The notes under the pieces were generated by a model, which was given only the letters and a program-made list of their open reading frames with translations, was not told the origin of the DNA and searched no databases. From a virus (lineage: Duplodnaviria; Heunggongvirae; Uroviricota; Caudoviricetes), in IMG/VR virus record IMGVR_UViG_2681813233_000007: a stretch of 64,000 bases of DNA; one strand, 5' to 3'. A program made the position numbers and the translations under genes. Position 1 is the stretch's first letter. The number at the start of each line of letters is the position of its first letter. This document shows positions 40,326 to 48,368 of this stretch, in pieces.

Positions 40326-40593
40326 TGTGGATTCCTCAAAGCGTAAACAACGTATAACAGCGTATGATCTTATAAGCCGAATAGGCTGACAACCACTAGT
40401 TGATTAGAAATTGCTTTCTATCGTTATTTCAATAATGAGCTTTTTCATGAAGCCCACTTTTGCGCATAAGTAAATTAATGATAAATGGCACACAATTGGA
40501 ACCAAAAAGGATGTAAAGGTGCACCAAATTAGTGGTGTATTGGTACACCTTTGGTTCAAGACTTTTTAAGTTCTAAAACCAACCTGAAAGACT

Positions 40594-40881
40594 TTATTTT
40601 GCTTCCTCAGACTCCGCTAACATGAGGATAGCATGGCGGATCATATTCAATTTGCTGCGATTATGCTTTTTACTTAACGCATCAAGTACTTGGTACTCGT
40701 ATTCATTGAAACCAACACGAATAGATTTAAAATCACGTGGAGCGTCCTTATCGAGCACTTTGTTGTCTTCTGGTTGCTCACCCGGCACCAAATCAGCCTT
40801 ACTGGCAAAATCCTCAATTCGGCGTTCAAGATCGGGGTCTTTTACTTCGGGGGCTTTTACCGATTTACGAGGCTTAATCAC
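40594..40881 (-). CDS. small RHH centromere-binding protein (ParG-like)
   Basis: C-terminal ribbon-helix-helix; 8-nt overlap with upstream ParA gene. Confidence 0.55.
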   Translation of the reverse strand: MIKPRKSVKAPEVKDPDLERRIEDFASKADLVPGEQPEDNKVLDKDAPRDFKSIRVGFNEYEYQVLDALSKKHNRSKLNMIRHAILMLAESEEAK

Positions 40882-41545
40882 TTAATAACTCCTTAACCAA
40901 CATCTGGATTTCACCTTTAGCTTTCCCGTTGTCCATCTCAACAACGCCCTTCCCTTCAGCCATGCAATCGCGGTAAACCTTACGATCACGAATGATGGTT
41001 TTCAGCAACTTCAGTTGCGGATATTCAGCTAGGTACTCTTTGGCCTCATTGGTTTCATTCACAACCGGATTGGATGGGGCCATTGTTAAGACTGCGAACG
41101 CCTTAATGCTAGGATTAGGCATCAGGTCCAAAGCCTCTTCAAACACTTCAACAAAGTGTGCCAGCGTGTCTAAATCTGGTTGAGATGGTCTGAATGGGAC
41201 CAACACAATATCTGCAGCGGTTATGCCTGTACGCATCTCTTTGCTATCGCGCCCGGCTGTATCAACAACTACAAATTCATAACGCTTATCCAGATCGAGA
41301 AGTGTTTCTCGAATATTACCAAACTTCTGGACACAATGAATTACAGGAGAAACCTCTGCCGTGTTACGGTCAGCTGCCCAGCGGGCAGCTGTTCCTTGCT
41401 TGTCTGCATCTAGTAACACTACATCCTTATTTGCGCGGGCAAGCTCCGCACAGATGTTTACGCTTGTGGTTGATTTTCCACAGCCACCTTTTTGGCTGAC
41501 TACCAATATAATCATATCCGTTCCTCGGTGTGATTTTGGTATCAA
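40874..41545 (-). CDS. ParA-family partition ATPase (small type Ib, ParF-like)
   Basis: Deviant Walker A SQKGGCGKST; 223 aa. Confidence 0.8.
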   Translation of the reverse strand: MIPKSHRGTDMIILVVSQKGGCGKSTTSVNICAELARANKDVVLLDADKQGTAARWAADRNTAEVSPVIHCVQKFGNIRETLLDLDKRYEFVVVDTAGRDSKEMRTGITAADIVLVPFRPSQPDLDTLAHFVEVFEEALDLMPNPSIKAFAVLTMAPSNPVVNETNEAKEYLAEYPQLKLLKTIIRDRKVYRDCMAEGKGVVEMDNGKAKGEIQMLVKELLSD

Positions 41546-41757
41546 AACGGTTCCAGATAAGAGCCTTTTTGATGCGGGACAGGCTCTATAATGGAGTCAT
41601 GAATGTTTGGCAAAGTATAACATCAATCAGACCAAATACACCTTATATTGCATCCTATTTAACACGAAATCAGCCCTAAATTGGAACCAGATACAAAATT
41701 GCACCATAACAGCACCTAACCGGTGCCAGATTAACACTAATTAGACACCATTAAGGC

Positions 41758-41783
41758 ATAAAAAAGGCTGCAATTTGCAGCCT
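41758..41783 (-). terminator. hairpin downstream of parR
   Basis: AGGCTGCAA/TTGCAGCCT with T-run on minus strand. Confidence 0.4.
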
Positions 41784-41802
41784 TAAACCAGCACATCTTC
41801 TG

Positions 41803-42147
41803 TCAATCAGGTAGAGAGTCAGCCAGATTGCGCGCCGACGCGCTTTTGGCAACAACTTGCTCCTTCACTGGCTCAATGGAGGCAGGGCGCTCCTCAACCG
41901 CAGCTGGTAGTTCCAGGAAGGATGCCAGCATTTTTCGGATCAGCTCCGGGTTATTGTCTTCGGTCAGCAGGGAAGCCAGTAATCCTGGAAGCCTGCTATC
42001 GACTTCTCCCAGCGCAAGCCCTGCCAACAATGCGGTTCTTGCCATATCGCTATGTTTTTTTATCTTCTCGCTCGCCGCCTTTTCATTGGCATAAGCCTCT
42101 GGGCGAAGATAAATCATCACTTTCTTACGTTCCTGAGACATGGACAT
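41803..42147 (-). CDS. parR: ParR-like centromere-binding protein
   Basis: Small protein directly downstream of parM; AALLAGLALGE region resembles ParR/StbB. Confidence 0.6.
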   Translation of the reverse strand: MSMSQERKKVMIYLRPEAYANEKAASEKIKKHSDMARTALLAGLALGEVDSRLPGLLASLLTEDNNPELIRKMLASFLELPAAVEERPASIEPVKEQVVAKSASARNLADSLPD

Positions 42148-42154
42148 TACCTCG

Positions 42155-43135
42155 TTAACCGATTGCTTTCAGGCCATGAACAAGAGCAAGTTGCGGGTCA
42201 TCCGCCACGAAGAAACGGTCATCACGAATATTAACTTGCTCGCGAATTGCATCTGCCACCAGCGGTGCGCCACCACCGATCACCATGACATGCGTATATC
42301 CTTTAAAGTCGCCAATCACATCAAGAACTCGGGTACGCAGACGGTCAATGCTTGCGGCAATGGCCTTTTTCACATCACCAATCGCTGATGGGTCATTGAT
42401 ATTGTCGTTCAGATAATCTTCATCGTGGCGGTTAATAATGAGCTGATCAACATTGTAATTTGACGTTTCGGTATTGGCCCTTGCAAGTGCTTGCCTTACT
42501 TCCCTGGTGACCAGTGATACACCAAGATTCGAATCGCCAAAAACACGGGAAACTGCCGTCATTTGCCCAGCGACCATTGAAACATCAAGGGTAGTTCCAC
42601 CCAAATCGACGATAAGAACAGAATGGACAGGGTTCAGATTGTCGCACAGGCCAATTCCTGCCGGAATAGACTCCGGTCGTACCGTAACTTTCTTAATCGT
42701 GAACACATTGCCTTTATTCAGCGTGACGGGGCGCATAAGGCTGGCTTTCTTGCGCTCGATGTTATCGAGATTGTATTGCGCGTCGTCGTCGTAAAACTCC
42801 GCCAGAGGCAGCGTGACCACAATTTCTACTTCCTGCGGCTCAATACCGCTTGTCAGCAGGGCATGGTGAACAGCCAGGACGTTAAGCGGGCTGTATTGCC
42901 ATTCCACGTTATTCGTCGGCAGAACATCTGGCGAGATCAAATCATACGAATACTTCTCGTCGTCAATGACATAGTTAAACGGCTTGCCAGCACCAAATGT
43001 TGCTGACCATCCGCGCTTAAAGCTGTTAGGACTGATGTGAGTGCGAGTTTCCCCGTCGTGCTCCCACAGCATTTTGATATTGGTTGAACCATCATCGATA
43101 AAAATGCGCATCTTCTTGCTCCACTTCTGAGACAC
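42155..43135 (-). CDS. parM: ParM/StbA actin-like segregation ATPase
   Basis: IFIDDGSTNIKM, HISPNSF, LIVDLGGTTLD, VMVIGGGA motifs; 326 aa. Confidence 0.85.
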   Translation of the reverse strand: MSQKWSKKMRIFIDDGSTNIKMLWEHDGETRTHISPNSFKRGWSATFGAGKPFNYVIDDEKYSYDLISPDVLPTNNVEWQYSPLNVLAVHHALLTSGIEPQEVEIVVTLPLAEFYDDDAQYNLDNIERKKASLMRPVTLNKGNVFTIKKVTVRPESIPAGIGLCDNLNPVHSVLIVDLGGTTLDVSMVAGQMTAVSRVFGDSNLGVSLVTREVRQALARANTETSNYNVDQLIINRHDEDYLNDNINDPSAIGDVKKAIAASIDRLRTRVLDVIGDFKGYTHVMVIGGGAPLVADAIREQVNIRDDRFFVADDPQLALVHGLKAIG

Positions 43136-43137
43136 AT

Positions 43138-43310
43138 TTGAGAATCAAAATGTAATTTTAAAAGAGAAGCACCCAAAAATCCACACCAAACGAGACAAAA
43201 AAGAGCACTTGTTGAGTTTATTTTGAGAATATCTTAATCACCCACTGAATGATGGCCTGATAGTGAGATTTATTTGAGAATGAATTGAGAATACAAAAAT
43301 ATTCTGAAAT
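43138..43310. repeat. parC-like centromere repeats upstream of parM
   Basis: TTGAGAAT at 43138, 43223, 43274, 43285 plus inverted ATTCTGA. Confidence 0.4.
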
Positions 43311-43377
43311 TTAACTCTCCGTTTGAATGACGAAATAACAAAGTGATGACAATAGGAGGATAACCAGGAGGTGAAGA

Positions 43378-43662
43378 ATGAGCGCAATAGCCACCAGCGA
43401 CACCCTTTGTTCTGGTCACGGAGGATTTCCGCCGCGACTGGTAGCTGAAACCGTTCCCTGGTTCACCGTTAACGGTAAGCCAGTTGTTGTAGATGGTGCC
43501 ATGTTTCCCAGTCACACTGACGGTAACAGTGCACACCCAGGGGCAGCTGTATCGACGCGAGTATGGTTTTCGATAGGTGGAAAGGGAGTTGTCTGTGTAG
43601 GCGATCCGCTTTCTTGTGGTTCTGTTATCGCCAACGGCGAGGATATTTTTCAGGTTGCATAA
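43378..43662 (+). CDS. PAAR-like spike-tip protein
   Basis: 94 aa; CSGHGG ... VNGKPVVVDGAM ... IGGKGVVCVGDPLSCGSVI. Confidence 0.5.
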   Translation: MSAIATSDTLCSGHGGFPPRLVAETVPWFTVNGKPVVVDGAMFPSHTDGNSAHPGAAVSTRVWFSIGGKGVVCVGDPLSCGSVIANGEDIFQVA

Positions 43663-44468
43663 TGCTTGATTCAATAGGTGAAGTTAAAGCCTTCAAAATT
43701 CTGTCAGATGCCGGTATCTCTACACCAGAATCTATAACCATAAGCCGGGCAGCTTCTGTAAAAGCCTCATCGCTCGCCAGCGCCATACAGGGAATAGTTC
43801 ACGCCGATAAAACCTATCCTGATTCTGTTTCGGCCTGGACTACTCAATTGCTTGGCTTTTCTGAACAGCTCAATGAGGCCAGCAAAGCGTCTTCATTACT
43901 GGCTGATTCTCTTTCCCCATACACCAAGCCATCAGAGTTGTTACAGATGAAGATTGGCTGGGAATGCTACGCAAAAGGTAACGAGCTGACCCCCATACCT
44001 GCTTTCGCCCTTGTTGAGGGAATGGGGAATGTTTCCATTCCGCAATCTCTAACGGACGCATTGACGGCGCTAAAACTTGATGCTCTGAAAACCGCCATGA
44101 ACGCCATTAACGCAAAAATTGAAGCTGCCGGAAGTGCTGGTGGTGGTGAAAGCAATGGTGGACAGGGTGGTGCTGGGGGCGCTCAGGCTCCAGTCATTAC
44201 TCAGGATGAAATTGATGCTTTACGGGAAGCAGTGACAGCCGCCGAAGTTTTACTCTCCGAAATTAACTCAGCAAGTGAGGGTGTCGTAGCCCTTACAGGT
44301 CGCATTAAAACGTCAACCACTCAGGCAACCAAAGGTTTAGAGAACGCTGTCGCCATCACGTTAACTGGTTCTCTACTGGATGATGCAGTAATGAGTCCGG
44401 CAATCAGTTTAATCATGCCACAAGGCGTTATCGATGCGCTCCAAAAGAACACCAAAAAGGAATCATAG
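43662..44468 (+). CDS. hypothetical protein coupled to PAAR-like gene
   Basis: Start set at ATG overlapping upstream stop (TAATG); Gly/Ala-rich linker. Confidence 0.5.
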   Translation: MLDSIGEVKAFKILSDAGISTPESITISRAASVKASSLASAIQGIVHADKTYPDSVSAWTTQLLGFSEQLNEASKASSLLADSLSPYTKPSELLQMKIGWECYAKGNELTPIPAFALVEGMGNVSIPQSLTDALTALKLDALKTAMNAINAKIEAAGSAGGGESNGGQGGAGGAQAPVITQDEIDALREAVTAAEVLLSEINSASEGVVALTGRIKTSTTQATKGLENAVAITLTGSLLDDAVMSPAISLIMPQGVIDALQKNTKKES

Positions 44469-44524
44469 AAGCACCACTTAGGCACACAAAAGGATGTAAA
44501 TTGGTACATGTTTAACACCAAAAA

Positions 44525-44998
44525 ATGAACCTGGAGAGGATGGTTTTGAAAAAGATAATTTTGATTGTAATTGCGCTTTTAGCCATTTCTGGAATTTACC
44601 GAACAACGACGGCAGTTATCGAACACATCAGGTATGTCCGATCGCTTGAAGACTCAAAATCACAACTGGAAAGCACGAACAACACGCTTTCTACCGCATT
44701 ACAGTTAAGTGAGAACGCTCGCTCAGCCATGCTGACCGAAAACGAAAGAATTAAAGCACTGGAAAAGGAGTACCAGCGCAAAACAGCAGAACTGAATGCC
44801 AACCTAATCAAACAACGAGAGGAAAGCCAGAATGAAATCACTCGCCTTGAAAATGCGTTACGCCGTGCTGGGATTAACGATGTGCGTGTGCCTGATGACG
44901 TTATCAGGATGCAGCGGGAACGGGCAAAAGCCATCAACCAGCGTGCCAGTGAAAATTACCGTAGAAGCCACCAGCAAGCCGCAGGCAAATCTGATTGA
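44525..44998 (+). CDS. Rz-like inner-membrane spanin
   Basis: N-terminal TM helix then coiled-coil; out-of-frame lipoprotein ORF overlaps its 3' end. Confidence 0.55.
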   Translation: MNLERMVLKKIILIVIALLAISGIYRTTTAVIEHIRYVRSLEDSKSQLESTNNTLSTALQLSENARSAMLTENERIKALEKEYQRKTAELNANLIKQREESQNEITRLENALRRAGINDVRVPDDVIRMQRERAKAINQRASENYRRSHQQAAGKSD

Positions 44999-45164
44999 TT
45001 ACTCCCCTTGTTTAGTGCCAGAGGACACGCCAGTGCTGTTAAACAAGTATCCGACATACGCTGAACAGTTATTCAGCACGATCGACGAATGCAACCAACG
45101 AAACGCACTGAATAACCAAAGAAACAGGGAGATTTGGGAAGGGAAGGGGGATCAAGGCTCCTGA
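44853..45164 (+). CDS. Rz1-like outer-membrane lipoprotein spanin (overlapping frame)
   Basis: Lipobox LMTLSGC; start taken at internal ATG 44853. Confidence 0.45.
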   Translation: MRYAVLGLTMCVCLMTLSGCSGNGQKPSTSVPVKITVEATSKPQANLIDYSPCLVPEDTPVLLNKYPTYAEQLFSTIDECNQRNALNNQRNREIWEGKGDQGS

Positions 45165-45610
45165 AGCCAGATGTCCTGGCTGTCAGCTTCTTCGAAACCG
45201 TGACAGACGTTAAAGTCACTCAAGCGATACTGACGCTGACGGCCTCTATTTCGCTCATGCCAATGCATATATCCACCAGCAAATGCCAGCGGACAATCAC
45301 TATAGTCTATGTAACCAATACCATTCCCCAAACGTGCTTCGCGCGCACCGGCTTTCCAGGACAGTAGAAAAGAGTCACGATCCGCCAGCATAACAACAAA
45401 ATCGTCCGGATCTCCGATACAGTGAAGAATACCTGCCTTACATAACTGCTTGAGCGCTTTGGACTGGCTCAGGATGTCTTCTCCGTAATACTGAAAACAA
45501 TCATCAACAACAGCGGGATAGCCTGCCGGGGGATTCAGGCTGGTTGGTATAGCTGACGCGATCGCCAGCATTAAGCGATATTGTGTTTTTGATGGGTTAA
45601 CGTGACTCAT
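45152..45610 (-). CDS. hypothetical protein
   Basis: ORF track. Confidence 0.5.
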   Translation of the reverse strand: MSHVNPSKTQYRLMLAIASAIPTSLNPPAGYPAVVDDCFQYYGEDILSQSKALKQLCKAGILHCIGDPDDFVVMLADRDSFLLSWKAGAREARLGNGIGYIDYSDCPLAFAGGYMHWHERNRGRQRQYRLSDFNVCHGFEEADSQDIWLQEP

Positions 45611-45626
45611 TTTGTCCCTTGTTTAC

Positions 45627-46019
45627 TCATTGTCGCCATGCATTTTTTAACTCAGGAATATCTGCCATTTCAATTAACTTGCGAAGTCCAGCACTGACTT
45701 TCCCATTGCCAACCATAGCAAGCCAATCTCTTACAGCTTTCGGCATGTAGAGCGTTGCAGTTACCGGCTCTTCAACCCTGGCAGGACATCCGCATACAGG
45801 CCATTTAATTGATTCCATAACTTCGGATGCCGGGGTGAGGGCGGGGACATTGAGTATATATCTACCAGAAAACTGGATAACGATCCGTTCAGCGAGCGAG
45901 AGTATCTCACTTTCGGCAAGAATTGATGCCAACTGCGCCTCAACAAGAAAGCGACTTGTTGTGTTCAGAGAGTGGCTCTTAGCGCCATTTTTATACGAAA
46001 CAAAGATTCGATACGCCAT
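45627..46019 (-). CDS. hypothetical protein
   Basis: ORF track; operator-like box just upstream at 46035-46044. Confidence 0.5.
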   Translation of the reverse strand: MAYRIFVSYKNGAKSHSLNTTSRFLVEAQLASILAESEILSLAERIVIQFSGRYILNVPALTPASEVMESIKWPVCGCPARVEEPVTATLYMPKAVRDWLAMVGNGKVSAGLRKLIEMADIPELKNAWRQ

Positions 46020-46177
46020 AACTCTAATGATTTGTGTTAGAAAACTAAAATTAAATCACATAACAACATGTGTGTTAATAGATTTTATTTTACTAAACCT
46101 ATTGACTAAATCACAAAGTAGGTATTGTTAGCCCGTCAAAAGAACCTTCACGCCGCGCCCGAATTTAGGGCTTAACC

Positions 46178-47875
46178 GTGAATAAAAACATTCAGCCAGC
46201 TCGTGATCGCGAGCGCGAGATTATGAATCGGGCGGCAAGCGTCATGGCTATGACCGTCGATCCGACCACCGATGCAGCAGGCAACATGATTGCTGACCAG
46301 GCAGTAATGATGGAAAACCTGGATAAAGCAATCCAGAAAGTGCCTATGTTTGAAGGCGTAAATCCAGAGGTCGCTCGTCAGATCACTGGTGGGTGGGCTA
46401 TGTCTCTGCATGAGTATAAACGTCAACATGGTCATTACCCGGCAAGTGACATCCTGGCGAACGCACACATGGCTCTTGAACGCCTGATGACTGAATGTGC
46501 CAGTGATACCCATGAAGGCACGGGTAAGGCAATGTTTGAGTCTGTCGCGCAATCAATGCGTAGCTCTGACGGCGTAATGAAAGTTGCTCAATATGCTGCT
46601 CTAATTCTGCCTGCCTCTCTGGGCGCTGCTACCAGTGATGCCTGTACTTTTGTTCCTTGTGATCGTGACGAGTCAAATATTTATGAACTGGTCAACGTAG
46701 CAGGCACAAAATTCGGCACCTTCAAACAAGGTGACGAACTGAATATGCAGTCAGCTGGTGTTTATTCTCAAATGAAGCGCCTGTATACCCTTTCCACTAA
46801 AGGGGATGGCAGCACCAAAACCTTCCAGTTCGACATCCAAAATTTTGAGGGACAATCCTGCCCGCTTCGCGCTGGTTATAACAAACTGCTGATCAACCGC
46901 AAACCGTCCAAAGTTGACGACGGCGATGGCAACCTTTATTTCAATGCTAAAGACAGCAAAGGTAATGCTTTCTCAGCGACTGCCAAAGTTGCCTATGACA
47001 CTGGTGTCATTGACATTACATTTACCCAGGCTCCGCCAGAAGGTACTGAAATTGCTGTTCAGGTCGAAATTAACATCGAGCGCAATCCAAGCCTGATTCC
47101 GGTGATCAACCAGGCTATGCGTAAGTACGAAGTTCGTCCGTCCCAGTACGTAATTGCTTCCGAACACACGGTAATGTCCGCATCCGATTTAAGCCGTGAG
47201 CACGGCCTTGAATTAGCGGCACTTCAGTTTTCCGCGATGCGTAACTGGATCTCCCATGAAACCGACATCATGCGTCTGCGCACCCTGGTATTCCATACCG
47301 TTTATGGTCGTGAATTTGATGTGGCTCTGCCGGAAGCTCAAAACTATGAGTCCTGGGTCGGCCTCCTGCGTCACGTAGTAAACGCTCTGTCTCAAGAAAT
47401 GGCAAATCGTACCCTGACAACGGGTATTCGTGGCGGCTTTGCTGGTGGTGACGCCGCGAACTTCCTGCGCTCTCTGCCTCCACAGCACTTCCAGATCGCA
47501 CCAGGTTACGTTCAGTCGCCGTATGTACAGTACATCGGCACCTTGTTTGGCACGATTCGTATTTACGAAGTGCCGCAACCTGTCTGTGAGCAATTCCAGG
47601 CACAGGGATATGACTTCGGGCTGGATGACATCTTCTTCTATGGGCGTGGCGAAGGCATCGGTAAAGCCGGTTTGATTGCTGGTGATGCAGTCCCAGCAAT
47701 CCCTTACGTGCACGAAACCAATCCGTCTCTCGTTAACCGTACCACTCTCTGGGGCAGTGCCATCAACGAAGTACATCCTCGCAACGGTGAAAACTACTTC
47801 ACCCGCCTGCGTCTGACTCGTGCCAAAGAAGGTGCTATCGACATGCTGACAGGCAAGGTTAACGAAAAAAAGTGA
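46178..47875 (+). CDS. virion protein, putative major head protein
   Basis: 565 aa; first gene of structural operon; assignment by size and position only. Confidence 0.45.
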   Translation: MNKNIQPARDREREIMNRAASVMAMTVDPTTDAAGNMIADQAVMMENLDKAIQKVPMFEGVNPEVARQITGGWAMSLHEYKRQHGHYPASDILANAHMALERLMTECASDTHEGTGKAMFESVAQSMRSSDGVMKVAQYAALILPASLGAATSDACTFVPCDRDESNIYELVNVAGTKFGTFKQGDELNMQSAGVYSQMKRLYTLSTKGDGSTKTFQFDIQNFEGQSCPLRAGYNKLLINRKPSKVDDGDGNLYFNAKDSKGNAFSATAKVAYDTGVIDITFTQAPPEGTEIAVQVEINIERNPSLIPVINQAMRKYEVRPSQYVIASEHTVMSASDLSREHGLELAALQFSAMRNWISHETDIMRLRTLVFHTVYGREFDVALPEAQNYESWVGLLRHVVNALSQEMANRTLTTGIRGGFAGGDAANFLRSLPPQHFQIAPGYVQSPYVQYIGTLFGTIRIYEVPQPVCEQFQAQGYDFGLDDIFFYGRGEGIGKAGLIAGDAVPAIPYVHETNPSLVNRTTLWGSAINEVHPRNGENYFTRLRLTRAKEGAIDMLTGKVNEKK

Positions 47876-48022
47876 TGGTGGCGAACGTGTCGGTATCACC
47901 AACGTCACTTGACGTAGATGAAGGTGAAACTATCGCCGCGAACACTTCAAAGGCACAGAAAAAAACAAAGCAGAAGTAAGGCAAAAACACGCCCCTGAAT
48001 AAGGGGCGTTCAGGAGAAAAGA

Positions 48023-48301
48023 ATGGCAAACATTCAAGTAACTATCACGCCATCTGACGCAACAGACAAATCTTTCACTGTTGAGTCAGATCACCCTGAA
48101 ATTGTCCAGGTTGATGGCACTACATGTACCGCTCTTAAGGCCGGGCAGGCAGTGCTGACAATCAAAACAAATGACGGCAATAAAACCGCACAGTGCACAG
48201 TCACTGTTAGGGAGGCACCTAAAAGCGTAAGCGCCGTCAGTGTTGAACCAACTACGAAAGAAGTAACCGTAGGCGACAACTTCACGGTAAGCGAATCCTG
48301 A
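48023..48301 (+). CDS. Ig-like (Big_2-type) domain protein
   Basis: VTITPSDATDKSFTVESDHPEIVQVDGTTCTALKAGQAVLTIKTNDGNKTAQCTVTV. Confidence 0.55.
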   Translation: MANIQVTITPSDATDKSFTVESDHPEIVQVDGTTCTALKAGQAVLTIKTNDGNKTAQCTVTVREAPKSVSAVSVEPTTKEVTVGDNFTVSES

Positions 48302-48368
48302 TCAGAGGCTGCCCATTAACCGTGGGTAGCCTTGCCTCGTTCTCTCGCTTTAGAGGATAAGAACCAGC

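Noticed and set aside
47213-47908. 231-aa minus-strand ORF
   Set aside because: Antisense within the putative major head gene; no independent support.
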